The notes beneath the pieces were generated by a model, which did not search any database, was not told the DNA's origin, and worked only from the letters and a program-made list of their open reading frames with translations. From Utricularia gibba (lineage: Eukaryota > Plantae > Magnoliophyta), in contig NEEC01000019.1 in assembly GCA_002189035.1 (NCBI GenBank), positions 1,116,001 to 1,180,000 of the forward strand: DNA of 64,000 nucleotides, in the 5' to 3' direction. Below, piece after piece: positions 34,661 to 46,841 of this stretch. The position numbers were made by a program, and so were the translations under genes. How positions within the stretch are numbered: the first letter of the stretch is position 1; the number at the start of each line of letters is the position of its first letter.

Positions 34661-37046
34661 ATGGAGTTTGGCAGTGTTCTTGAGTTTCTAAACAAGAGTG
34701 TGATTCTTGTTACCGGAGGAGCAGGTTTTCTTGCTAAGGGTAAGCCTCTTAACATTTTTTTTGGCTACAAAAAGATTGATATCAGAGAGATTCATAATAT
34801 TCCACAGTGTTTGTGGAGAAGGTTCTAAGGGTTCAGCCAAATGTTAAGAAGCTCTACATTCTCCTCAAGGCTTCAGATTCGAAGTCAGCGTTGCTTCGCT
34901 TCCAGAATGAGGTAGAAAAATAGCTCAATTTTGTTAGTTTTTTGAAAACCACTTGCCATACAACTTTTGTTTTGTTTACAGATTCTAGCGAAGGATTTGT
35001 TCACCATTTTGAAAGAACGACATGGCGCCGATTTTGGTTCATGGATTTCTGAAAGAGTCGTTGCTCTTGGTGGAGATGTTTCCCTTGAAAATTTGGGTAT
35101 TAAGGAGTCCGCAATTCTTCATCAAATGTTAGAAGAAGTTGAAGTCGTCGTCCACTTAGCTGCAAACACAAGATTCTGTGAAAGGTGAAAGAAATCCTAC
35201 TGCATTTTCAAAACCCCTTTTTTCTAAAGCTTTGGTTATTCGATGTGTAGATATGATGTATCCTTTCAAGTGAACACATTGGGAGCCAAACACGTGGTTG
35301 ATTTCTCAAAAGGTTGCACCAACTTGAAGGCTCTTGTTCATGTTTCAACAGGTTGGTTGTTTGTGTTGTTTCTTCACAAAAATCAGAACCTTTTACAGTT
35401 AATTTATTCATGGTTATCAAGTACAGCATATGTATGTGGGAGAAAAATGGTCGTATACTTGAAAAGCCCTTGAAAATGGGGGAAGTTTTGAATGGATCAT
35501 CAGGGCTGGACATCGACTTTGAGAAGAAATTGATTGATGAAACAGTAAAGCAGCTCCAAGTTGAAAACACCTCGGAACAGCAGATCAAATCACATATGAG
35601 AAATCTTGGTACTCAAAGGTTAGATATATTTCATTATTCAAACAAAACAAGTAGACATTGGAAAATTAAATTAATGTAATTTAGTATTCAACAAATTAAG
35701 AATCACTAATAATTCATTGAATTTAATTTTTTAAATATAATTTATATTTATTATATATTTCAATTCAACATACATGTTATCTTGATATATCGAATGCTTA
35801 ATTTCAATGCATATCAATTTTTGTGTTTATAATATTTACAAGGACTGACTCATTGGCCTTTTCCTGGTACAGAGCAAGAGAACATGGATGGCCAAATACC
35901 TACGTGTTCACCAAGGCGATGGGGGAGATGCTCATCGGAGACTTGAAAGGGAAATTGCCTGTGGTCATCGTACGGCCGACCATGGTGACCAGCACCTACA
36001 TGGAGCCATTCCCTGGCTGGGTTGATGTTGTTGGGTAATTTTTAATTTATTCAAAAAAATAAATAAAATTTTGGGAATTCATATAATTCTAGATTAGGGT
36101 TTCATTCTAAATTCATGAGATGAACGAATGTGTTTCATACGGATCTCAGGACAATTGATGGGGTTATCGTACCATATGGCATGGGGAAACTCAAGTTCTT
36201 CCCTGGTGACCCCAATACGATCATGGATTTGGTGAGACGGAATTGTGCTTGTGAATTTGCACCATGCTTATTAGTATATACTTGACGTTGATGATGATCG
36301 GAAAGCTGGCATCTGTGTTCAGATTCCGGTGGACATGGTGGTGAATGCCATGCTCGTAGCCACAGTGAAACACGCCAAGGAGGGAAATGGTGCAATCTAC
36401 CAAATCGGATCCTCGGCAAGAAATCCTTCTCTTCTAAAAATGTGGCCACAGTACAGTTTCCGACACTTCACCAGCAACCCTCTGATAGACGCGCAAGGAC
36501 GGCCGATCCGAGTCCACCTGTGTAGACTGATAAGTAGCATGAAGAGCTTCCACGTATACTTCAACATGAAGTACAAGCTTCCCTTGAAGGTTCATCCCGC
36601 CTTCACCCTATTTCCAGAGGATGCCAAAGGATATAAATATTCTGTATTTCTTTTTCAGTGTCTCCAAATCATCAACACGATCAGCTTTGGCCAGTTCGAC
36701 GAAACATACAGCAGGAATCGAAGAAAGATAGATTCAGCTTCTCGATTGGTACAGGGTTTCAAGCCTTATATCTTCTTCAAAGGATGGTGAGAAATCATTA
36801 TAATCGTTTCTAACATTCACTGAGGGTTTGCCAGATTATTATATGATCTGATAACGTGTTCTCTAACATTCACTGAGGTGTTCCTGCAGCTTTGATGACA
36901 GCAACACTGAGAATCTAAGAAGGGCGATGAGGGAAGCCGATGCCGCGGAGAAAGATTTATTCTTCTTCGATCCAAAGGTTATTGACTGGGAGGAGTATGC
37001 GGTGAAGATCCATCTGCCCGGGCTGGTCAGACATGTCATGAAATAA
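34661..37046 (+). CDS. FAR: Fatty acyl-CoA reductase FAR-b; 10 exons; one apparent 1-nt deletion
   Basis: Exons 34661-34739, 34808-34911, 34982-35184, 35251-35351, 35427-35618, 35873-36034, 36150-36231, 36323-36589, 36659-36786, 36890-37046. Same FAR motifs as FAR-a. Frame break at the G3 run 35438-35440; alignment with FAR-c shows one missing base. Confidence 0.92.
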
Positions 37047-37200
37047 ACAATCTTTGGCTTCCGATATTCCATTTAAATCATTTATATAATAAACACATAT
37101 CACATAATAAAAACATGAATTATATTTTGTATGTAGATTTTATAAGTATTTATTTAGCATAATATTATATTTGATAGATATATTAATAATAACAAAAAAA

Positions 37201-37935
37201 TAAAATCTCATTTCACTAACGAAACTTACGACAAATAAAGGTTTGAAAAACACGATTTAATTAATTATATAATTGTTTTACAAATAAACACATGCATATA
37301 TTTGCAATTATAAAACGAAACTATCATACCCAATTTTGAAAGCTTATAATTTTCTGAAATAAATCTAATGAAAAAAAAATCAAATATTTCCTCTATATAT
37401 TCAATCATCTTCCAGATATTCAACTGGAGCTTAATTTGTCGTGATTTTCGGCGACGCTCAACACAGAAAAAAAAAAAGGGCAGCTGAATTTTAGAAAAAA
37501 AGCGTCCTTTAATTTGGACAAAAATAACCTATACTATGATTTGGTCCAATCATCGTGACACAATTCTTGGGGAAAATATTTTATTCCCCAAATCCCAACT
37601 CCTCAATCTTTTGGTTTTACCAATAAATATTGTTTATAAACAAATATTTGTGTTTTAAAAACCGTGATTTAATTGAATTGGTATCGTTTTGAAACATAAA
37701 TCATTCATTAAAACGATTGGATTAAATTTAAATCGTTTAAAACATAAAAAAAAATGAATTACGATCCAATTATAATCCAGCTATAAATTAATATTTTTTA
37801 ATAAGAAAAATATTAAAAAATTTCAAAGAAATGAATGGTTAAGTTGGATGTTTCACATGTCAAATTATTTGTAAAACCGGTTAATGATGTTTTGAATATT
37901 TAAAAAACTGAAAAACATTGTTCAAAGTGGTCACC
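37201..37935. repeat. AT-rich 'Z' segment, copy 1 (FAR 3' flank); also at 44747-45288 and 46842-47530
   Basis: Shared blocks such as gatttaattaattatataatt, ctatgatttggtccaatcatcgt(g/c)acacaattct and a common right end AAAGTGGTCA(C/T)C. Confidence 0.88.
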
Positions 37936-40880
37936 TTCCTGTCTATACCTGTGCATGAGTAAGTGTTAACCACAAGTGACTCATATGGAATGAGTATGAG
38001 TTACCTATAGTGGTAAAAAACAAATATGAATTGAATCAATGATTTTTGACTCGTAGAATTACCCGAGTAACTTATAAAACAATGAATGATTTATAATCCC
38101 AAATTGTTATCAACCCAATGATTGATCCAAGCCCAATGATTGTTTATTAATTACTAATATCACTTTTAGTTTTTATTCAACATATACTCTTCCAATGTAT
38201 CTATTTGTACACTCATGCTCTTATTTCTCCACAAATCTTGAAATTTAATGTTTTTCCATTCTTCATATTCTATTTGAAGTTCTAATGATTTTCTTCTCGA
38301 ATCTATATTTCATTCTTTTACAGCAACACATTTGACATATCTTATATCTGTTTGTTTCCACTTTTTCGAAACCCTAGTTGAGAATCAAAGAATTGTTCAT
38401 ATTTTGTGTTTTAGCCTATGATTTCGCCTTTTCTCTTTGATTTAATGGCACAAGATTCATTGAATTAGTTGATTATGTTGTCTTTTCTTGAAGTGATTTG
38501 ATATTAATATTAAAATTTAACAAAATTGAGCAAAATTGAATATGAATCTCATTTTTTGTTCATTCATTAAATTAATTGAACATGAATTGTGTTTGTGTTT
38601 ATTTGTTTACATTATTCAAACAGCCAAATGAGCTCATTGTGAGGAGGGCTGTGGTTAATGCACATGGCGGCAATGCCGACCACATTGTGTGGGGTAGTAC
38701 AAAGCCAAATTAGCTTGCTAGGTATGGGCTAGCATAATGCATCCTGAGGTGTCTTGAGAATCGGTGGGGTGTCGCGTCCATGTTCCCTTGGAGAGAATGT
38801 ATTCCCACCACTCTATTTAGGTTTGACTATGATATCAAATGTAATTATTCATTTCATATACTTCTATGATATTGTTTGTTTCGAACATTCAATAAAACAG
38901 TTTTAATGAATACGAATGCAATTCAAACAAGATTTATTCATTAATTATAGCATCCTAGTAGAAGGAGACCCAACACAAAATATTAGTATTTATTGAATGT
39001 TTTATAAGATAGTTATTTTTATCAAATGTTGTAATTATAATTATATATATCTAGTTAGTTTATTTTTAAAAATAATTTATTGATAGAAAAAATGTAAATA
39101 ATTGAATTTTATATAATTCGAAATTAAATTCAGAAGTGATAGATCCTAAAACTATTTAAAAATAAGAAATTATTGATTATTTCTATTTTCTTTTAAAAGT
39201 ATTACTAGTTTCTAACATTTTAACAAGTGAGAGCAGTCAATACAATAACAAACGGTGCCGCCGTGGAGTCCATACTAGTTTTCATTTATTTTTCTTTTTC
39301 TGTTTTGCATGATCAGTAAATGCCATGTCGGTTGCCTTTGTCCCCATCAGCATCGTTCCAGCTGCCGCTGAAGTTCTTCCTCGCCGGCAGATGTGGGTAG
39401 TTAATAGTTCTGCTGGCCGGCCGGCCGGCAGCTTTCTTAAAGAAATCATTTTTGGTATAAGAGGAGGATCAGCGTGGTGAAGAGAGAAACAGAGAGGAGA
39501 TTGTATTGGGTTTTTCATCGTAGACATCCGTGATCAAAATTCTATTGGCCCGATTGAAGATCATCCCAGCCTTTTCGAAAAAAAAAACAAGGGTTTCTGA
39601 ATAATTTGGTGAAAAAAAACAATAACAACGGAAATCAATAGATGATTATCAAGCATTAGAAATGAAGCTAAATGAAAATATGAAAAAAGCAAGAGAATGG
39701 ATTAGAATATTGATTAGTTAATTAAATGAATAAATATTTATTAGTAAAATTAATAATTACAAATATTAAATTTTAAAAAACACCATACAGATTCACATGC
39801 ACATCTGATCCTCTAGAATCACCGATTGCACGAATCACGAATAAATTTCACAAATCCGTGATTCTCATCTCGAAACTTCGAAAATATTAAAATAATACAA
39901 TATTCAATTATCAATATTAAGAATAAAGTTTCAAAATAATTTAAAAGATGATTTTTTTGTTGTTGTTGTTGAAAGTGGCCACGTGGGCGAATTGAATGTT
40001 TCATGATAAGACAACTTGTATTTGATTCACGGAAATACATGAATGATTTGAATAAAGAACACCAACAGAAAAACGAACTCAATACTACTTCATTAGCTAA
40101 AATAATCTGCTAACCCGGAACACAATACAATAAATTACAGCATCAAGATTAATAATGAATGTTTCAAGATGTTTATTTCAGTTTCGGTTGTGGGCTGAAA
40201 CCATAATCATAAACCTTGAGTTAAATCGAAATCGAAACCAAACCATATGATTTTTGGTTCGAACCATAGTTTTAAATAAATTATTTATAAAGTATTTTAA
40301 TTTCTACAATCTCCGCAATAGTTTGTAATTATTAATAAATATTTTAAGTTAGAATTATTTTTAAAATTTAAATAAATATTTAAGTGTACATCCTTATTGT
40401 TTTATAAGAAAGTAATATAATAAATATTAATGAAATATATTGATAATACTTTAATTTCAAATATTATTTCATTATGATTCATGAATAAGTATTTTTTATA
40501 TTTTTTGAAAATTGATTAATAAATATATTAATTAATAAAAACATGTAATACCAAATAAAATATAAAAGAATATATTATAATATAAATTTAAAATTTGTTT
40601 ATAGGTATATATATGAATCGTTGTAGATACCTATATTTCTTCATTACTTTATAATATACATTACCTAATTAAATCAAAAATCCTCTCCCAATAACCCGAA
40701 ATGTCTAATCATTTTATAATATGACTTAATTATAATTATCTATTTTGGAGACCCTACGATCCCTATGGTTAAAATAACCCTAACCAACCAAATATCTACT
40801 TATTTCTTCAATTTGATATAATTATCTCTCACTTTCACAATTCAGCAACAATAATGCCTAGAAATATCTTTGTTTGTTAG

Positions 40881-41800
40881 ATAACGAACAAGGAAGAGGT
40901 TTAGGCTGTGCTGAGAGAAATGTTTTCTTCTGACGGGTTACGCATCAAATTTCAAAGAAATACCTGAATTACTAAATTGTACGGTATGTCTACTAAAATC
41001 TGTACGCATGTGCATTTCTTATAATTCGATTGTTTATATTGTGTTTATGAGGTGTTTGTAGATTCAAATTTTAGAGAAACTCAAAAGTTGTTTCTTAATA
41101 ACACACGATTATGAAATTTCTTAAACTGTCTAAAAATCCATCCCAAGACTTCACTCTCATTTGTTTCATACAGAACAGCTTCAGCTTCACGGCATCCTCA
41201 CCTACACATGCAACAAGTATAGATTGTTGGCAGAAGACACAACTATTGCGGATTGGAAGGACCATATTCTAATTAATCAGGTATGGTGTATCTTTTGAAA
41301 TTAAGAATCTGATGGATTGGATAAATACACGTGAAGTCTAAATACATAAAAAATATAAATCACAATAGAAAATATTAGATTAAATTTTTCAAATCTCGAT
41401 GTTGGATTATTTATTCTAATGGTATCAGATTCAATCACCTGTATATCAAAACTCAAAACAAAAATTACTTTGATGTATCAAATGCATGAGTGTCTTTCAA
41501 ATTCGGTTCTGATAATCACCCTTTGCCCAACTTTAGACATCTGGTATTCGTCACCTTCATACCACTTCTTTTACATCAACTCCCACAATTGAGAATGACT
41601 GCTCACAATCAACACTAATTCCCAGTCGGTATCAATCATCAGCCAACCTTCCTATGCCCGCTTGGCACCAACCTCGCCTCTCCCCTTCCAAGTTTTACAT
41701 TTGGTGCGGATCCAATCCTCTGCGCTGGTGCCTTTCCATGTGCATAATTCACGGCGGTTGGCATTTCAGGCAGGAAGTATCCTGTAAGAACAATGCATTG
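40881..41800 (+). pseudogene. Decayed multi-exon gene relic of unidentified family
   Basis: AG/GT-bounded exons 40881-40983 (ends phase 1) and 41174-41280 (starts phase 2) splice in frame as ITNKEEV*AVLREMFSSDGLRIKFQRNT*ITKLYEQLQLHGILTYTCNKYRLLAEDTTIADWKDHILINQ. A third exon-like block starts at 41537. A more damaged copy lies at 30670-30745 and 31510-31850. Confidence 0.55.
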
Positions 41801-42262
41801 TGTACTTTTTCGTGGTGATTTGTAAATGTGATCCACGTGACAAAATTGGTGTTATTTGGTATTAATTTTTTTATGAATATATGATATGAAATGTGAGATT
41901 GGCCGAATTTGCAAAATTTGAAGTGTTGGCGGGAAGAAGGAAGCCATTGAAATCTTAGACTCAAACCCTTTATCATATTCCAAATATCTTATGATATTTT
42001 ACGACTGCTTATAGTCAAATTTATCGAACTTCTTACTTCTCCTCATCTTATTATTATTTTATTTAATATCAATATAAAGCTTGGTATAAAGATATGACAA
42101 ATTTTCAAGCTACACATTCAAATTTTCATTTTACTTTCAAACTTGGAAAAAAGTGATTGAAAAAAGTGCTGAAATCGACCATCAAACACTTCAAAAGAGA
42201 TCAAAATTAGGAAGTCAGAGTAGTCAATAAAATAAAGTATTGTTGCTCCTTTTTGCTTCTCC

Positions 42263-42269
42263 TATAAAT
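42263..42269 (+). promoter_or_regulatory. TATA box of FAR-c
   Basis: TATAAAT 76 bp upstream of the ATG at 42339, in a pyrimidine-rich context; the homologous position in FAR-b (34581) reads CATAAAT. Confidence 0.7.
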
Positions 42270-42338
42270 ATGCCATAATGGAGGATCATGGAAATCACAA
42301 CAACCAAACGTTTGCCTCTTTTTGTACGTAATCAGTCC

Positions 42339-44636
42339 ATGGAGTTTGGCAGTGTCCTTGAGTTTCTAAACGAGAGTGTGATTCTTGTTACCGGAGGAGC
42401 AGGTTTTCTTGCCAAGGGTAAGCCTCTCAACAATTTTTTTTTTTTTTTTTTTTTTTTTTGCAACAATAAGATTGATATTAGAGTGATTTATAATATTCTA
42501 CAGTATTTGTGGAGAAGGTTCTGAGGGTTCAGCCAAATGTCAAGAAGCTCTACATCCTCCTCAGGGCTTCCGATTCGAACTCAGCGCTGCTTCGCTTCCA
42601 GAATGAAGTAGAAAAATAGCCAATATTTTTTAGTTTTTTAAAACTATTTGCAATGCCACTTCTTGTCTTGTTTGCAGATTCTAGCGAAGGAATTGTTCAC
42701 GGTTTTGAAAGAACGACATGGCACCAATTTTGGTTCATGGATTTCTGAAAAAGTTGTTGCTGTTGGTGGAGATGTTTCCCTTGAAAATTTCGGTATCAAG
42801 GAGTCTGCAATTCTCCATCAGATGTTAAAAGAAGTTGAAGTCGTCGTCCACTTAGCTGCAAACACAAGATTCACTGAAAGGTGAACGAATTCCTACTGCA
42901 TTTTCATAACCCCTTTTTCTAAAGCTTTGGTTATTCGATGCGTAGATATGATGTATCCTTTCAAGTGAACACATTGGGAGCCAAACATGCGCTTGATTTC
43001 TCAAAAGGTTGCACCAAGTTGAAGGCTTTTGTTCATGTTTCAACAGGTTGGTTGTTTGTGTTTGTTTCTTCACAAAAACCATAATGTTTTGCACTTAAGT
43101 TATTCTTGGTTATCAAGCACAGCATATGCATGCCGGGAGAAAGATGGTCGTATACTTGAAAAGCCCTTGAGAATGAGGGAAGTTTTGAATGGATCATCAG
43201 GGCTGGACATCGACTTTGAGAAGGATTTGGTTGATGAAACAATAGCGCAGCTCCAAGTCGAAAACGCCTCAAAACAACAGATCAAATCACATATGAGAAA
43301 TCTTGGTACTCAAAGGTTAGATCGATTTTACTATTCGGATAATGCAATCTGAGCAATTAATCGAACATTTTAGGATTGGCATACATATTTTCTCGATCTA
43401 TCGAATTTTTAATCTCGATATATCAATTCTTGTGTTTACAATGTTTCAAAAGCCTGCTCACTACCCTTTTCATGATACAGAGCAAGAAAACATGGATGGG
43501 CAAATACCTATGTGTTCACCAAGGCAATGGGGGAGATGCTCATCGGAGACTTGAAAGGGAAATTGCCTGTGGTCATCGTACGGCCGACCATGGTGACCAG
43601 CACCTACATGGAGCCATTCCCTGGCTGGGTTGATGTTGTTGGGTAATTAATTTACTCAATAAATAAATAAAGTTTGGGAATTTATATAATTCCAGATTAG
43701 GGTTTCATTCTAAATTCATGAGATTAACGGATCTATTTCAAAGACATGTCTCAGGACAATTGGTGGGCTTACCGTACCATATGGCAAGGGGAAACTCAAA
43801 GTCTTCCCTGGTGACCCCAATACGATCATGGATTTTGTGAGTCTGACGTGCGTTTGTGAATTAGCATAAACTTGACGTTGATGATGATCGGAAAGCTGAC
43901 ATTTGGGTTCAGATTCCGGTGGACATGGTGGTGAATGTCATGCTCGTGGCCACCGTGAAGCACGCCAATGAGGGAAATAGTGCAATCTACCAAATCGGGT
44001 CCTCGGCAAGAAATCCTTCCATACTAAAAATGTGGCCACATTACGGTTTCCGATACTTCACCAGCAACCCTCTGATAGACGCGCAAGGACGGCCGATCCG
44101 AGTCCACCGGTGTAGACTGATAAGTAGCATGAAGAGCTTCCACGTATACTTCAACATGAAGTACAAGCTTCCCTTGAAGGTTCATCCCGCCTTCACCCTA
44201 TTTCCAGAGGATGCCAAAGGATATAAATATTCTGTATTTCTTTTTCAGTGTCTCCAAATCATCAACACGATCAGCTTTGGCCAGTTCGACGAAACATACA
44301 GCAGGAATCGAAGAAAGATAGATTCAGCTTCTCGATTGGTACAGGGTTTCAAGCCTTATATCTTCTTCAAAGGATGGTGAGAAATCATTATAATCGTTTC
44401 TAACATTCACTGAGGGTTTGCCAGATTATTATATGATCTGATAACGTGTTCTCTAACATTCACTGAGGTGTTCCTGCAGCTTTGATGACAGCAACACTGA
44501 GAATCTAAGAAGGGCGATGAGGGAAGCCGATGCCGCGGAGAAAGATTTATTCTTCTTCGATCCAAAGGTTATTGACTGGGAGGAGTATGCGGTGAAGATC
44601 CACATGCCCGGGCTGGTGAGACATGCCCTGAAATAA
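42339..44636 (+). CDS. FAR: Fatty acyl-CoA reductase FAR-c; 10 exons; intact as assembled
   Basis: Exons 42339-42417, 42504-42607, 42678-42880, 42946-43046, 43123-43315, 43481-43642, 43755-43836, 43913-44179, 44249-44376, 44480-44636. Continuous ORF after splicing, with TGGAGFLAK and YVFTK. Confidence 0.94.
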
Positions 44637-44746
44637 ACAATCATTTATATAATAAACACGTATCACATGATAATACACATGAATTATATTTTGTATGTAG
44701 ATTTTATGAGTATTTATTTAGCATATATTAACAATAACGAAAGAAA

Positions 44747-45288
44747 TAAAATCTGATTTGACTAACGAAACTTATAAAGGTTTTCAAAAGCATGATTTAA
44801 TTAATTATATAATTATTTTACAAATCACACCTGTATATATTTGAAATTTTAGAAAAAAAAAGTCCCGTAATTTTGACAAAAATAACTTATGCTATGATTT
44901 GGTCCAATCATCGTCACACAATTCTGGGGGAATATTTTATTCCCTAAATCCCAATTCCTCAATCTTTTGGTTTTACCAATAAATTTCGTTTATAAACAAA
45001 TATTTGTGTTTTAAAAGCTGTGATATAATCGAATTTGTATCGTTTTGAAACATAAATCATCCATTAAAATGATTGGACTAAATTTAAATCGTTTAAAATA
45101 GAAAAAAATGAATTACGATCCAACTATAATCCACTATAATTTAATATTTTTAATAAGAAAAATATTTTAAAAAATTTCAAAAAATGAATGGTTAAGTTGA
45201 AAGTTTCACATACAAAATTATTTGTACAACCAATTAATGATTTTTTGAATATTTAAAAAACTGAAAAACATTGTTCAAAGTGGTCACC
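44747..45288. repeat. 'Z' segment copy 2 (FAR-c 3' flank), with internal deletion
   Basis: Colinear with 37201-37935 but lacks the roughly 190-bp block containing caatcatcttccagatattcaactg that copies 1 and 3 retain. Confidence 0.88.
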
Positions 45289-45309
45289 CTCCTATGACTC
45301 AGTATGGCA

Positions 45310-46250
45310 GAAAAAAATTACACGAACAAATCTATGCGTGACAACCTAGAATTTCAATAGTTGATAGGAGCTTTGCACTACCTAACAGCTATTAGACCAT
45401 ACATGACATTTGCAGTATCCTACGTATCCAAGTTCATCCAAGCATGGCACACACATCACATGAATATAGTCAAACGTATTCTCAAATATCTCAATTCTAC
45501 CTTAAACCTAGGCATGTATTACAAGAAAGGTACTAACCCTATTCTTCAAGTCTTTCTTGATTCAGACTTTGTGGTTGATGAGATTTAGTGCAAATCCACC
45601 ATCGGGTATCTGTTCAATCTTAAATCCGATGCATTTGCCTGTCGCAAACAAAATGTCACGGTGCAATCCTCAGCAGAAGTCGAATACATCGCACTAACCA
45701 CTGCCACCAATTATGCCCACTGGCCAATCAAGATTTGTGAAAATCTAAGAATCCCCGTCCGAAAGCCAGTGGTCCTGAAAATCTAAAATAAATATCGTAT
45801 TAGCATTATTTAATACCCAATCATGTTTAGAAGAATCAAACATATCAAAGTGAAGTATCATAATCTTCCGGAATATGTGAAGTAAGTTTCAATAACACTG
45901 GAATACCTACCTTTCGAACATCAAGTGGCCAACATCCTCACCAAATTCTTATTTCCAAACAACTTTAGGAGAATAAGCGACATGTTAGGGTTGAGATGAA
46001 ACCCTCTTGAAACTCCACCAAAAGTCTCAATTGCAATCTCAAGGAGGAATGTTGGAGTATGAGGATGTAATTGAGACTACAGCGGATCTCAAGAATCAGC
46101 TGGACCGGAAGAACAGGTCCAATGACCTCGAGAAGCTCTGCCGCAAAGAGAAAACGCTGTTGAAGGAGAAGCAAGGCACAGCTGCGGTGGGTTTAATTAT
46201 GATGAGCCCTACTTCTCTATATTCATACAACGCAATATCTATCAGCATGC
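45310..46250 (+). mobile_element. Ty1/copia 3' fragment: RT C-terminus, RNase H, PPT and start of the 3' LTR
   Basis: LIGALHYLTAIRP, VKRILKYL, DSDF...KSTIGY, KQNVTVQSSAEVEYIAL, IKHIKVKYH, QVANILTK with stops and frameshifts. Purine tract AAGGAGGAA (46041-46049) is immediately followed by TGTTGG at 46050. Confidence 0.85.
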
Positions 46251-46829
46251 TCTACGGGCTCATAGTGTAGTTCATCAACTTTTGCCGCGGCATAAGCCCA
46301 CAAGATCCTGTTGCCGAAATATATGAGTCAGGAACTCTAGGTTTTGTCAAACAGGAGCGAAAGTCGACCCGGATTCGGACCCGGGTTGTCTCCGACCCGT
46401 TCAGGCGGCGAGCTTTGGTCACCGAACGCCAAAGATGAGCGTACAGGCCTTCAAAAGTGCTGAAATGCCTATCAATGGAGGAGGCTTTGGCTTTGATCTC
46501 AGAGATGAAGTCGGCGGTGAGAAGAAACTTTTCAGATCGAATGTCTTTGAGGCGATCAGCTTCTTCGGGGCTGTTTATCATGTTTTTGGGCATGAACTCC
46601 ACTCCCCTGTGATCAAACTCGAAAACGGGAGGATCACGAGGGAGAAAAATGGTACGGTCTCGAAATGGCAGATGGGGCGATTTCCAGATTTCGAGAAGCT
46701 TTCCCCATGCATCAAAAAAACAGCTCGATGAATTGGCATCACTCACTTTGTGGTGTGAGGTGAAAGCCAGCACCATCGATCCGAAAGAGAATCTCGTGAT
46801 TTGAACTTGAGCGATCTCTTTCACACCGT
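46250..46829 (-). pseudogene. Truncated duplicate of the adjacent BAHD acyltransferase (internal fragment of about 580 bp)
   Basis: Closely matches 48320-48890 of the intact gene (GVKEIAQVQITRF...HHKVSDANS...FEGLYAHLWR...DEL). No start or 3' end; indels at about 46320, 46670 and 46703. Confidence 0.93.
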
Positions 46830-46841
46830 TAATATTATATT

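Noticed and set aside
41420-41429. TGGTATCAGA, resembling a tRNA-Met primer-binding site
   Set aside because: No preceding LTR end or following gag sequence, and the paralogous spacer differs here; probably chance.
46007-46270. 87-aa coiled-coil-looking ORF
   Set aside because: It spans the PPT and LTR start of the copia fragment and is better explained as LTR sequence.
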